Below are positions 1 to 13,053 of a stretch of 64,000 nt of DNA, in pieces. A model generated the notes under the pieces. It saw only the letters and a list, made by a program, of their open reading frames with translations. It did not search any database and was not told the DNA's origin. The stretch's first letter is position 1; each line of letters opens with the position of its first letter. Source of the stretch: an uncultured bacterium (GTDB taxonomy: Bacteria; Oederibacteriota; Oederibacteriia; Oederibacteriales; Oederibacteriaceae); contig OZ218778.1 in NCBI GenBank assembly GCA_965112635.1, positions 256,001 to 320,000 on the forward strand. The letters are read 5' to 3'. The position numbers were made by a program, and so were the translations under genes.

Positions 1-674
1 ATGCTTTAAATCAGTTAAGCATTATGGGCAACAATGTGAACACCGCTCCCCTGGTCCACGCGGAGGGAGAAGAAGTAGGCGCCCGTTTCGGCTGGCAGAA
101 TTTATTTGAATCCACGGTATCTTTATGGCGCCTGCATCTGGATTCTGAATTGACTTTTGACGGAGACGCGGCCGCTCCCAGTCCCAATGGGCCTTCTACG
201 CGTAATGGGGTGGAATGGTCCAATTCCTTGAGGCCTAAACCCTTTTTCCTGGATTTCGACTACTCCTGGTGCCAGGCGCGGTTTGATCAGACTGCGTTAG
301 ATGATGATGGAGAGCACCCGGGTGAGTATGTGCCGGAGGCTCCGGTAAACATGGCTACAGCCACTTTAGGCACTGATCCCATAGAAGGCTGGTCTGCGGA
401 CTGTCGTTTGCGTTACTTTGGGGCAAGGCCGCTGGTACCGGATAATTCGGTGCAATCCAGCGACCTGACACTGGTAAGTCTTCGTGTCAGCCGTCAGCTG
501 ACGGAAAATCAATCCATTTTCTTCGATATTTTTAATCTTTTTAACCAGCGGGGTTATGATATTTCTTATTATTACGCCACAAGCGTACAGTCGGGAGCCC
601 CGTCGATCCCGGACATAAACAGTAAACCCGCTGAGCCGCGGTCTTTGCGTGTGACCTGGCAGGACCGTTTCTAA
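1..674 (+). CDS. TonB-dependent outer membrane receptor, C-terminal part (5' truncated by window)
   Basis: Frame is open from the window start; beta-barrel C-terminal signature FNLFNQ...PRSLRVTWQDRF ending in Phe; followed by exbB/exbD/tonB. Confidence 0.85.
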   Translation, partial: ALNQLSIMGNNVNTAPLVHAEGEEVGARFGWQNLFESTVSLWRLHLDSELTFDGDAAAPSPNGPSTRNGVEWSNSLRPKPFFLDFDYSWCQARFDQTALDDDGEHPGEYVPEAPVNMATATLGTDPIEGWSADCRLRYFGARPLVPDNSVQSSDLTLVSLRVSRQLTENQSIFFDIFNLFNQRGYDISYYYATSVQSGAPSIPDINSKPAEPRSLRVTWQDRF

Positions 675-702
675 CTAAATAATTAAGGAGGAAATTAACT
701 AG

Positions 703-1326
703 ATGCAGACTATTTTGCAAAACTTGGCTCTGATCGGGGACGTCTGGGTCATCTACCTTTTGATCGCCGCAAGCCTGCTTTCTTTGGCGGTCATGGTGGA
801 AAGATGGATGGTCTTCTCGCGTAACAGGGGAGATGTCACGGTTCTAATGGACGGATTAGGCGAACGCCTGGAAAAAAAGGATATCAAGGGGGCTCTGGAA
901 TTTACCCGTGGTTTTCCCAATGTGGAGGGCAGGGTTGCCGTGGCGGGACTGGAGCATTTTTCCAAAGGCGCGGCTTCCGTGGAAGAGGCCATGTCCGCCA
1001 GGATCATCCGAGAGCGGAAGCATTTGGGGAAAAAACTGATCATCCTCAGCACGCTGGGCAATAACGCGCCCTTTATCGGGTTGTTCGGGACCGTGCTCGG
1101 TATCATCAAAGCGTTCAACGACCTTGCGGTCAGCGGAAGCTCGGGGGTGTCCGTGGTCATGGCCGGCATTTCCTCGGCTCTGATCGCCACGGCATTCGGC
1201 ATCGCGGTGGCTGTCCCCGCCGTCATAGCCAATAATTATTTCCGCAACCGGCTCAACGAGGTCAGATCCAACGCCGAAGAGGTGTCCAAAATGCTTTTGC
1301 TTTACATCAAAGCGCAGGGAAAGTAG
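703..1326 (+). CDS. exbB: MotA/TolQ/ExbB proton channel protein
   Basis: APFIGLFGTVLGII and GISSALIATAFG motifs; RBS AAGGAGG upstream. Confidence 0.92.
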   Translation: MQTILQNLALIGDVWVIYLLIAASLLSLAVMVERWMVFSRNRGDVTVLMDGLGERLEKKDIKGALEFTRGFPNVEGRVAVAGLEHFSKGAASVEEAMSARIIRERKHLGKKLIILSTLGNNAPFIGLFGTVLGIIKAFNDLAVSGSSGVSVVMAGISSALIATAFGIAVAVPAVIANNYFRNRLNEVRSNAEEVSKMLLLYIKAQGK

Positions 1327-1335
1327 GAGGAAGCC

Positions 1336-1734
1336 GTGCAAAACTCTGAAGACGAACAGGAAATAGTCGGCGGCATCAATATCACGCCCATGGTGGATAT
1401 CACCCTGGTACTGTTGATCATTTTCATGGTCACGGCGACCTTTATGGCGCAATCAGGCCTGAAAGTGAACCTTCCCAAGGCGGTCACTACCGAAGCGGCT
1501 TTCACCGCCAGCCTGACCGTAACCCTGGATTCCAAGGGTTATCTCTATCTGATGAAGTCACCCATAGATGAGAAAGGTCTCAGGGCTGCCCTGCAGCACG
1601 AAGTCAGGCTCAATCCCGGCGTGAAAGTTACCATTGCCGCAGACAAGAAACAATATTATGAGCAGGTCATCCATATCCTGGACCTGGTCAAGCAGGCGGG
1701 TATCAGTAAAGTGGCGCTAGCCGCGGAAAGGTAG
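1336..1734 (+). CDS. exbD: ExbD/TolR biopolymer transporter
   Basis: INITPMVDITLVLLIIFMV motif; GTG start after AGGAGG. Confidence 0.92.
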   Translation: MQNSEDEQEIVGGINITPMVDITLVLLIIFMVTATFMAQSGLKVNLPKAVTTEAAFTASLTVTLDSKGYLYLMKSPIDEKGLRAALQHEVRLNPGVKVTIAADKKQYYEQVIHILDLVKQAGISKVALAAER

Positions 1735-1740
1735 GGCGGG

Positions 1741-2349
1741 TTGTTTTCTGTTTCCGGTGTGAATGGTGGGTGGCAGGACCCTGGAAGAAAAGATTTTTAT
1801 CTGGGCGCCGTGGTGTCATTGGCCGTGCATCTGGCGCTGCTTGCCATTTTTTACTGTTTATTTTCCTACCTGAAGAACAGCGCGCCTGTGTCCATGGACC
1901 TGGACCTTTCCGTGGCCCCTGCTGTGGTTCCCTTGAGCCGTCCCGTGAAAAAAGAACATGTGGTTCCGCCCCAAGCCTGGGTGGCGCCTAAAGCTGGGAT
2001 AGCTCCGACACCCCAAAATGTAAGTGAAACCGCCCAGCCGGTGGAAGAACAATATGTGCCCTCAGCCGTTACAGCGCTCAAGCCCCGCTGGTTAGACGGG
2101 TTTATTACCGATGAGGACTACCCGCCGCAGGCGCGGAGCAAAGGGGAAAAGGGAACGGTCAAGGCGGAAGTTTTTATTGATGCCTCAGGTATGGTCAAGG
2201 ATCTGAAAATAGTCCAGGAAAGTTATCCTGCCTTGAATGAGGTGGTTTTGCACAAATTAAAGGATGCCAAGTTTACGCCAGCCCGTGATGCCTCGGGAAA
2301 ACCTGTGCCCTGCAAGATGTTGCTGCCCATTAAATTTGAATTGTATTAA
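1741..2349 (+). CDS. tonB: TonB family energy transducer
   Basis: TM anchor SLAVHLALL, Pro-rich linker, YPPQAR...GTV C-terminal TonB domain; exact start uncertain. Confidence 0.85.
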   Translation: MFSVSGVNGGWQDPGRKDFYLGAVVSLAVHLALLAIFYCLFSYLKNSAPVSMDLDLSVAPAVVPLSRPVKKEHVVPPQAWVAPKAGIAPTPQNVSETAQPVEEQYVPSAVTALKPRWLDGFITDEDYPPQARSKGEKGTVKAEVFIDASGMVKDLKIVQESYPALNEVVLHKLKDAKFTPARDASGKPVPCKMLLPIKFELY

Positions 2350-2431
2350 GATAGTTCTTGATTATGTTCAGGAAAAAGCTATTACCAAAACAGTGAAGCC
2401 ATCCTGCTGACTTTATGAAAGGATAAATTTT

Positions 2432-3451
2432 ATGCACATTCCTGACGGATATTTAGGACCGACCACCTGCGGATTTTTTTATGTGGTCATGGTGCCGATC
2501 TGGATGACCGCTTCCCGCATGGTCAAAAAGACCCTCAAGGCCGGTCAGATCCCTTTTCTGGCCATTGGCGCGGCTTTTAGCTTTGTCATTATGATGTTCA
2601 ATGTCCCCATCCCCGCTGGCTCTACCGGCCACGCGGTAGGCGGCGCCTTGATCGCCATCCTGCTCGGACCCTGGGGCGCCTGTCTGACCGTTTCCGTAGC
2701 CTTGGTCATCCAGGCCTTTTTGTTCGGAGATGGCGGCCTGACCGCCATCGGCGCCAACTGCTTTAATATGGCCGTCGTACTGCCCTTTTCTGCGTACCTT
2801 ATTTACCGGCTCTTGTCCGGCTCCGCCCAAAAAAGTCCGACCAGAAATGTCTGGGCCGCGGGTATCGCCGGCTACCTTTCCATCAATATCGCCGCTCTGT
2901 GCGCCGGTGTGGAGTTCGGCTTACAGCCTTTGCTCTACCATACCGCGGATGGACAGGCTCTTTACTGCCCGTTCGGCTTGAGCGTTGCAGTGCCGGCCAT
3001 GCTGGGCGGACACTTGCTGGTTTTTGGGTGGATAGAAGGCTTGGTCACCGCTCTGCTGGTCAAATATCTCCAACAGCACTCTCCTGAAATGCTCGCTCGC
3101 CCCGCCCTAAAAACTTCCACCAAATTATGGGCCTGTCTTGGCATCCTTGCGGTGCTGACCCCGTTAGGACTGCTCATCCCCGCCTGGCTCCACGGAGGAG
3201 ACGCCTGGGGTGAGTGGGCGCCTGAAGAAATACAAAAAATCGCCGGCTATGTTCCCCAGGGCCTGCAAAAACTTTCCGCGCTCTGGAATGCCCCTTTGGC
3301 TGACTATGGTTTTAAAAGCTGGGAAGGAAAAGGATTGGGATACTCAAGCCTAGCCTATATAATATCAGCCGTTCTAGGCGCAGCCCTGATCGCTTTTTGC
3401 GTCTGGTTATTGTTCAAATATCTCTTCCGGAAAGGCTTTTCCAAAAAATGA
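2432..3451 (+). CDS. cbiM: ECF Co/Ni transporter substrate component CbiM/NikM fused to a NikN/PDGLE-like domain
   Basis: N-terminal MHIPDGYL metal-binding signature; GDGGLTAIGAN; C-terminal AWGEW...APLADY segment. Confidence 0.9.
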   Translation: MHIPDGYLGPTTCGFFYVVMVPIWMTASRMVKKTLKAGQIPFLAIGAAFSFVIMMFNVPIPAGSTGHAVGGALIAILLGPWGACLTVSVALVIQAFLFGDGGLTAIGANCFNMAVVLPFSAYLIYRLLSGSAQKSPTRNVWAAGIAGYLSINIAALCAGVEFGLQPLLYHTADGQALYCPFGLSVAVPAMLGGHLLVFGWIEGLVTALLVKYLQQHSPEMLARPALKTSTKLWACLGILAVLTPLGLLIPAWLHGGDAWGEWAPEEIQKIAGYVPQGLQKLSALWNAPLADYGFKSWEGKGLGYSSLAYIISAVLGAALIAFCVWLLFKYLFRKGFSKK

Positions 3452-4254
3452 ATTTTGTGGAACGCACTATCCTGGCTGCTCTTTCCCTGCTGAAAAATTC
3501 CATGTTCGCCGAGGATATCGCCCGCCAAAAAGGGCTCTTACAAACACTGGACCCACGGGTCAAGGCTGTTTCTTTGCTGGCCTTGATCGTGCTGGTCCTG
3601 TTCACCAAAAACTTATGGGTACTGGCTTGTATTTATGGTCTATGTCTGGTCCTGGCTATGCTATCGAGGATCCGCCTGCTGTTTTTCCTGGAGCGCACCT
3701 GGATCTTTATCCCCCTGTTTTCCCTGCTCATCGCCATACCTGCTCTTTTTAGTTTTGTATCACCGGGCCGGCCTTTGTTCTCCTGGGGGATATGGACCAT
3801 CACCAGCCAGGGATTAGGCAGCGCCGTCATCTTTATCAGCCGCGTCATCACCTCGGTGTCCCTAGCCGTGCTTTTGAACCTGACCACCCGTCACCTGGAA
3901 CTGCTCAAGGTCCTTAGGATATTCGGGATCCCGCAAATGTTCGTCATGATCCTGTCCATGAGCTACCGTTATATTTTTCTTTTTGTGGAGATCATGGAAA
4001 ACACCCACCGGGCCGTGCAGAGCCGCGTCGGCTCGGCCATTCATTATAAAAAAGGTCAGCACCTGGTGGCCTGGAGCATGGCTGGCCTGTGGAGCCGTTC
4101 AGTCGGCCTGCAGGAACAGGTGCACCACGCCATGCTCTCCCGCGGATTTCAAGGCGAGCCGGTCCTCCTGCACCGCATGAGCACAAGGTTCAGGGACTGG
4201 GCCTGGCTGGCCTGCGTTCTCGTCCTGGTAGTCTGTTTGTGGGGAGCGTCCTGA
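3448..4254 (+). CDS. cbiQ: ECF Co/Ni transporter T component CbiQ
   Basis: LDPRVK, YRYI and AMLSRGF motifs; ATG at 3448 overlaps cbiM stop (ATGA). Confidence 0.9.
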   Translation: MNFVERTILAALSLLKNSMFAEDIARQKGLLQTLDPRVKAVSLLALIVLVLFTKNLWVLACIYGLCLVLAMLSRIRLLFFLERTWIFIPLFSLLIAIPALFSFVSPGRPLFSWGIWTITSQGLGSAVIFISRVITSVSLAVLLNLTTRHLELLKVLRIFGIPQMFVMILSMSYRYIFLFVEIMENTHRAVQSRVGSAIHYKKGQHLVAWSMAGLWSRSVGLQEQVHHAMLSRGFQGEPVLLHRMSTRFRDWAWLACVLVLVVCLWGAS

Positions 4255-5066
4255 TGAAACCTATCTTTGAGTTTCAAAAAGTCAGCTATGCTTACCTGGG
4301 TAAATTCCCGGCCCTGCGGGACATCACTCTAACTATCCCGGCTGGAAAAATGGTCACCCTGGTCGGCGCCAACGGTTCGGGCAAATCCACGCTCCTGCAG
4401 ATGATGGACGGTCTTTTGTTCCCGGACAGCGGGACCATAGTTTTTGATGGCAGACAGCTGGCCAGCGCTGAACTGGAAAAACAGGACTTTTCCAAGACCT
4501 TTAGACAAAAGGTAGGACTGGTCTTCCAGAACCCCGACATCCAGCTTTTTTGTCCTACGGTCCGCGAGGATATTATTTTTGGTCCGCTCCAGCTGGGGAT
4601 AGACGAAAAAATAGTGATGAACCGATTGGAAGAGTTGGCCGTAGCCCTTAAACTCACGCCTCTCCTGGACCGTGCCCCGCATCAGTTGAGCATCGGCGAA
4701 AAACGCAAGGTGGCCATAGCCTCCACCCTGGCCATAGACCCTGAGGTTTTGCTTTTGGATGAACCCACAGCCGGCCTGGACCCCATGACCACGGCTTCCA
4801 TCCTGGAGATCCTGCTCACAGCCAATCAGTCAGGCAAGACCATTATTACAGCCACCCACGACCTGCATATTTTAGAGGAGATCGCGGACACAGTGTTCGT
4901 TTTCGGGCAGGATAAGACCATCGTCGCGGAAAGCACCCCCGAATCCATACTCAAGGATACGGACCTCCTGCAAGCGAACAACCTGGTGCATTTTCATCCG
5001 CACAGCCATAAAGGCAGGATGCACCAGCATCCCCACCAGCACCCGGACCACCACGAAGGAAGCTAA
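4254..5066 (+). CDS. cbiO: ECF transporter ATPase CbiO with His-rich C-terminal tail
   Basis: Walker A GANGSGKST, FQNPDIQLF, LLLDEPT; TGATG overlap with cbiQ. Confidence 0.9.
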   Translation: MKPIFEFQKVSYAYLGKFPALRDITLTIPAGKMVTLVGANGSGKSTLLQMMDGLLFPDSGTIVFDGRQLASAELEKQDFSKTFRQKVGLVFQNPDIQLFCPTVREDIIFGPLQLGIDEKIVMNRLEELAVALKLTPLLDRAPHQLSIGEKRKVAIASTLAIDPEVLLLDEPTAGLDPMTTASILEILLTANQSGKTIITATHDLHILEEIADTVFVFGQDKTIVAESTPESILKDTDLLQANNLVHFHPHSHKGRMHQHPHQHPDHHEGS

Positions 5067-5088
5067 AGCCCCTGTATTTGAAGGCTCT

Positions 5089-5481
5089 TTATCTAAGCTG
5101 TTCTATCCGCTTTTTCAGCTCATTGAATACATCCTGGAAGCTTTGCCTTTGTTCTTCCTGGGTCAGGCCCGGCCTGGCCGGGTCAGGCAAGCCCCAATGT
5201 ATCCTCTTGGCCTTGCCCAAAAATACCGGGCATTCCTCCTCCGCGCACAGGGTTATGACCGTATCCACCGTGGCGGGGTCTATCTCCTTCACGGATTTGG
5301 AGCGTTGTTGGGATAGGTCGATGCCAGCCTCCTGGGCAACTTGGATGGCCAGTGGATGGACCCGTGAAGGCTTGGACCCGGCGCTTTGCACCATGACCTC
5401 GGGCCCCAAGATATGCCTGGCCAATCCTTCAGCCATCTGGCTGCGCGCCGAATTGCCCACGCAAAGGAAAAGTATCTTCAT
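5089..5481 (-). CDS. arsC: Arsenate reductase, LMW-PTP family
   Basis: [16 protein letters not shown]-loop, LC...CP, HWGLPDP; coupled to acr3. Confidence 0.9.
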   Translation of the reverse strand: MKILFLCVGNSARSQMAEGLARHILGPEVMVQSAGSKPSRVHPLAIQVAQEAGIDLSQQRSKSVKEIDPATVDTVITLCAEEECPVFLGKAKRIHWGLPDPARPGLTQEEQRQSFQDVFNELKKRIEQLR

Positions 5482-6539
5482 GGCTTCCCTTCCTTAAAAT
5501 AGGCCCTCTTGAAATACAACGCCACATTGACCAGGCTGATCAAGACCGGCACCTCGACCAAGGGGCCGATGACCGCGGTAAAGGCCACTGCCGAACCAAT
5601 GCCGAACACGGCCACCGCTACCGCGATGGCCAGCTCAAAATTGTTGCTGGCCGCGGTAAAAGACAATGAAGCGGTCTGGGCGTAACCGGCCTTGAATTTT
5701 CTGCCCAGGTAAAAGGAGATAAAGAACATCACCACAAAATAGACCAGGAGCGGCATGGCGATACGCAGGACATCCAGCGGAATGCGGACTATGGTCCCTC
5801 CCCTGAGCGAAAACATCACGACGATCGTAAAGAGCAAAGCAATGAGCATGATAGGACTGATACGGGGAATGAATTTATTTTGGTACCACTCTTTGCCTTT
5901 GGCCCGGATCAGGAAGATGCGCGTGAACAACCCGGCCAGGAAAGGGATACCGAGATAGATAAAAACGCTCTTGGCGATCTGTGCGATGGTCACGGGTACC
6001 GCGGCTCCGGCCAGGCCAAACCATCTCGGCAGGACCGTGATAAAGACCCAGGCAAATACGGAAAAAAACAGGACCTGGAATATGGAGTTAAAAGCCACCA
6101 GCCCGGCGCAGTATTCGCTGTCCCCGCAGGCCAGCTCGTTCCAGACAATGACCATGGCAATGCACCGGGCCAGTCCTATCAGGATGAGGCCGATCATGTA
6201 TTCGGGGTAGTGGCGCAGGAACAGGACAGCCAGGCTGAACATCAGGATAGGCCCAATGACCCAGTTGAGAACAAGGGACAGGATCAGGACCTTGATATTT
6301 TTGAACACATCTCCCAGTTCCTCGTATTTGACCTTGGCCAATGGCGGGTACATCATCAGGATAAGCCCGATGGCTATGGGAATATTTGTCGTACCCGAGG
6401 AAAAGCCGTTGACCAGAGATGAAATGCCCGAATAAAAATATCCTATGCCCACGCCCATCCCCATAGCCAGAAATATCCACAGGGTTAAATAACGGTCCAG
6501 GAAGGAAAGTTTTTTAAGAAGACTATTTGGGGGTTTCAT
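5478..6539 (-). CDS. acr3: ACR3 family arsenite efflux transporter
   Basis: [43 protein letters not shown]. Confidence 0.95.
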   Translation of the reverse strand: MKPPNSLLKKLSFLDRYLTLWIFLAMGMGVGIGYFYSGISSLVNGFSSGTTNIPIAIGLILMMYPPLAKVKYEELGDVFKNIKVLILSLVLNWVIGPILMFSLAVLFLRHYPEYMIGLILIGLARCIAMVIVWNELACGDSEYCAGLVAFNSIFQVLFFSVFAWVFITVLPRWFGLAGAAVPVTIAQIAKSVFIYLGIPFLAGLFTRIFLIRAKGKEWYQNKFIPRISPIMLIALLFTIVVMFSLRGGTIVRIPLDVLRIAMPLLVYFVVMFFISFYLGRKFKAGYAQTASLSFTAASNNFELAIAVAVAVFGIGSAVAFTAVIGPLVEVPVLISLVNVALYFKRAYFKEGKP

Positions 6540-6584
6540 TTACACCATACTTTGAAATTAAAGTGTGTTTTGTTTTGGAAGGTC

Positions 6585-8675
6585 CTAAACGGTGTTTAAA
6601 AGCTCAATCAGTTCCCCGACCTCAAAAGGTTTCCTAAGGCTTCCGTTAAATCCGTATTTCTTGGGTTCCACGATCACCGGGTCATTGTAATATCCGCTGG
6701 AGACGAACACCGCCAGGTTTGGGGCGAACCCCCTGATCTTCTCGACCGCCTCCTTGCCTCCCATGCCCATGGGGATGGTAAGGTCCAGGATCACCGCCAT
6801 AAAAGGTTCCTTTTGATGCTCCGGGTTTTTTAAAAACTCTAGGGCCTCTTTTCCGTCCTTGGCGCCGATGGGAGCGCACCCCAGGGTGATGAGCGTCCGG
6901 GCCAGCATTTTGACCACATCCGGCTCGTCGTCCATGATCAATATCTTGCCTGTCTTTTTCAGGTTAAACACCTTCTGAGCCGCATCCTCCGGCAAAGGCT
7001 TTTGGGAAGCAGGCAGGTAAACATGGAAGGTGGACCCTTTGAGCGGAATGGATTCTACATCGATACAGCCGCCATGATTTTTGACGATGGAATAGGCTGA
7101 GGTCAATCCCAGGCCGCGTCCTCCGATCTTGGTGGTGTAGTAGGGGTCAAAAATGCGTAGCTGCACCTCCGGCGCTATCCCTGTCCCGTTGTCCCTGAAG
7201 GAAACCCTGACATAATTTCCTTCCGGCAAACTGGGATGCTGCTTGGCCAGGAGGGTCACGTTTTCCGCCGTCACTTTAAGGCTCCCTCCGCCGGGCATGG
7301 CCTGGACCGCGTTGAGGAGGATATTTTCAAAGACCTGCCCTATCTGATTCTCGTCATAATCCAGGGACCACAAACCTTGTTCGATCCTGAACTCCGGACG
7401 GATACGGGACCCGCTCAGGGTGAACTGGACGACACTGGGGATGAATTTGGCCAAAGTGCCCGTCTTTTTGGTCGGAGCCCCTCCTCTGGAAAAGGTGATC
7501 AGTTGGTTGGTGATGGACCGGGCCCGTTCCATGGTCTTGAGGGAATCGCTGAGGCACTCCAGCATATCCTGCCGTTTGGGGTCCATGCGCAAAAGCTGCA
7601 GGTTGCCGTAAATAATACTGAGCAGGTTGTTGAAATCGTGGGCGATGCCCGCGGCCAGGATGCCGATGGACTCCAGCTGCTGGGTCTTTTGGAGCTGCAG
7701 TTCGTATTTCTCGTGCTCTTCAACGGCCCGCTTGCGGTCCGTGATGTTGCGGCAAAAGGATACAATATCCTTGACCCCTCCGCCGGTTGTTTCCACCGTG
7801 GCATTGATCACGACATGGACGCGGGTGCCGTCGCGGTGCTGGTAAATTGTCTCAAAATCATTGAGATACCCCTGCCGGGCGCACAGAGCCACCGCCCGGG
7901 CGTCCTTTTCCTTCTCCTGGGGAGCGGTCCATTCGATGACCGAATGCCCCACCACTTCTTCTGCACGATTAAAACCTGCGAGGCGGCAGTAGGGTTCGTT
8001 GGCCGCCCGGACCACCCCGTGGTCATCGGTGACCGCAAACCCTGTATCCGTATTGTCCAAAAGCTGGCGGTATCTCGTTTCGCTTTCCAAAAGCTCCCTT
8101 TCCGTCTTTTGGCGCCGGGCCAGTTCATCCTGGGCTTGGCTTAGGTTTTTCCTCATGTTGGTCGTAAGAACATCGACGGCAAAAGCCCACACCGTCAGGA
8201 TAATGGTGATGACAATAAAGTCAAAACCAAAGGTTTCCGGGATGGGCAGCGGCTGGTACCATCCGTATTTTTGGCCGAAAACCAGCCAGGCGAGAGAGGC
8301 CAAGACCAGGCCGACCGTGATCATCAAAGCGGTCCGTCCGAGGGTGAGCCCGGCGACCACAAAGATTACTGGAATAGCGAGGATTCCAACATCCCTGTAG
8401 CCCTGGCCATAAGTCGCAAAAAGCACCAGGATGACCAGCTGAAAAAAGATAAGGACCCAGTTGCCCAAAATAGTCTTGCCCCGTAACAACAGGATAAAGG
8501 GAACAAGTTGAAGGATACTTCCAATGATAGCGACCGCGATCTCATAAGGCTCCTTATCCAGGATGCCGGTAAGGATGAGAAAAGCATAGGCTATCCAGGC
8601 GACTGTCATCAGGGTGAAAAGAACCCGGCGGTTTTGTCTGTCCTGGACGCTTTCAATATTGTTTGGCAAGGTCAA
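6585..8675 (-). CDS. Membrane-bound PAS hybrid sensor histidine kinase with C-terminal receiver
   Basis: Several TM helices, [12 protein letters not shown]-box, DNGTGI/GLGL, C-terminal MDDE...DLT receiver. Confidence 0.9.
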   Translation of the reverse strand: MTLPNNIESVQDRQNRRVLFTLMTVAWIAYAFLILTGILDKEPYEIAVAIIGSILQLVPFILLLRGKTILGNWVLIFFQLVILVLFATYGQGYRDVGILAIPVIFVVAGLTLGRTALMITVGLVLASLAWLVFGQKYGWYQPLPIPETFGFDFIVITIILTVWAFAVDVLTTNMRKNLSQAQDELARRQKTERELLESETRYRQLLDNTDTGFAVTDDHGVVRAANEPYCRLAGFNRAEEVVGHSVIEWTAPQEKEKDARAVALCARQGYLNDFETIYQHRDGTRVHVVINATVETTGGGVKDIVSFCRNITDRKRAVEEHEKYELQLQKTQQLESIGILAAGIAHDFNNLLSIIYGNLQLLRMDPKRQDMLECLSDSLKTMERARSITNQLITFSRGGAPTKKTGTLAKFIPSVVQFTLSGSRIRPEFRIEQGLWSLDYDENQIGQVFENILLNAVQAMPGGGSLKVTAENVTLLAKQHPSLPEGNYVRVSFRDNGTGIAPEVQLRIFDPYYTTKIGGRGLGLTSAYSIVKNHGGCIDVESIPLKGSTFHVYLPASQKPLPEDAAQKVFNLKKTGKILIMDDEPDVVKMLARTLITLGCAPIGAKDGKEALEFLKNPEHQKEPFMAVILDLTIPMGMGGKEAVEKIRGFAPNLAVFVSSGYYNDPVIVEPKKYGFNGSLRKPFEVGELIELLNTV

Positions 8676-8691
8676 GGTCGCTTCCCTTTCT

Positions 8692-11799
<3,108 letters not shown>

Positions 11800-12945
11800 T
11801 TAGCAGTTGAATATTTTCTTTTTTTGCTTCAGGTAATATTCATAGTTTTTGAGCGGGACAGTAGGCGGGCAGCGGTGGTCAAACCCGGGCACAAACCCTC
11901 CCTGCTTGACCGTAGCTTCCAGATATCTGAGCTCGTCGTCAATATCCTTGAACGAGCCCTGTATCTTGATCTTGTCCACTCCGCCCCACAGCAGGATCTG
12001 GTCCCCATATTTAGCCCGGAGCTTGACCGGGTCCGTGCCGCAGGCGCGCTCCATGGGGAACATGCAGTTGTATCCCGCCTCCAGGAAAATGGGCACCAAC
12101 AGGTTGATGTCACCGTCGCAGTCCGTATAGATCACGTCGATCCCGTATTTGTGGAGCAGGCGGCTGATCTTCTTGTACTGGGGCAGGACATACTGGCGGT
12201 ACATGGCCGGCGAGATCATGGGCCCGTTCTTAAAAGCCACATCCTCCCAGCCGTGGGCAAAATCGAACTGGACTTCCTTGAGAGCCGGTTCGATCAGGGC
12301 GCAGATAAAATCACCCATATACTCGATCATCTCGGCCATAAGCTCCGGCTGGTCGTAAAAAGCCACGGTGATGTTCTCGAAACCCATCCAGTCACGGGGC
12401 TTGCCGATCATAGAGCCAATATCTATGCCCACGGGTACTTTGCGGTTGATCCAGCCCTCCACGTCCTTTTTCCAGGTCTTCGGATATCGCCCGGGGTCAT
12501 GCGGGTCCAGCCTGGTCTTTTTGAACTCTTTCCAGTCCGCTGGGCCTTTGATGGGGAATTCGATGAAATGAGGGATGGAGGACATGCCCTTCTTTCTATT
12601 GATCTCGCATGTGACGCCGTTAGCGTCGATCATGATGACATGGCTTTCGCTTTTTTCCAGTATCCTTTCCTCAAAGTAGGGGTAAACATTCGTTTGTATC
12701 CCGTCCCCTTCGCAGCTTTCGATCCCGAAATACTGGTAGGCGGTCGCCTCGTCCTTGACCCATGCAGGCAGGCCCTGCTGGTGCCAGACATCCAGGGTCT
12801 CTTCCCAATACCCGAACTCAAAATTGGGGATCCTGTCCACGCTTTGATAATGCATGGTGCGCTGGAAGCGCTCCCGCGGGGACATGCTCTTATTCTTTTT
12901 GGGAGCCTGTTTTTTATCCGCTATTTTTTTAGCCGCTTTGACCAT
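11800..12945 (-). CDS. Uroporphyrinogen decarboxylase (URO-D/MtaA-like) family protein
   Basis: SPRERF, WEDVAFKNGPMISP, DCDG, WGGVDK, GGFVPGFDH; ATG 12945 follows GGAGG. Confidence 0.85.
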   Translation of the reverse strand: MVKAAKKIADKKQAPKKNKSMSPRERFQRTMHYQSVDRIPNFEFGYWEETLDVWHQQGLPAWVKDEATAYQYFGIESCEGDGIQTNVYPYFEERILEKSESHVIMIDANGVTCEINRKKGMSSIPHFIEFPIKGPADWKEFKKTRLDPHDPGRYPKTWKKDVEGWINRKVPVGIDIGSMIGKPRDWMGFENITVAFYDQPELMAEMIEYMGDFICALIEPALKEVQFDFAHGWEDVAFKNGPMISPAMYRQYVLPQYKKISRLLHKYGIDVIYTDCDGDINLLVPIFLEAGYNCMFPMERACGTDPVKLRAKYGDQILLWGGVDKIKIQGSFKDIDDELRYLEATVKQGGFVPGFDHRCPPTVPLKNYEYYLKQKKKIFNC

Positions 12946-13004
12946 GGATCCCCTCCACAACGCGTAAGGAACGATGAAGTAATGATTGACCCTCAATAAT
13001 AGAA

Positions 13005-13041
13005 CAGGGGTACCCAATTGTAAATACAACGGATACCCCTG
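13005..13041 (-). terminator. Hairpin after the metal ABC operon, possible terminator
   Basis: CAGGGGTACCC...GGATACCCCTG imperfect inverted repeat just after the stop at 13054; weak U-tract. Confidence 0.45.
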
Positions 13042-13053
13042 ATCCTTATTAAA

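Noticed and set aside
2350-2431. Possible cobalamin riboswitch or NikR site before cbiM
   Set aside because: The gap is too short for the riboswitch and I see no convincing GTATGA-N16-TCATAC site
11824-12999. Long 391-aa plus-strand ORF, and many similar antisense ORFs in the track
   Set aside because: Shadow frames of well-supported genes in GC-rich sequence; no motifs or RBS
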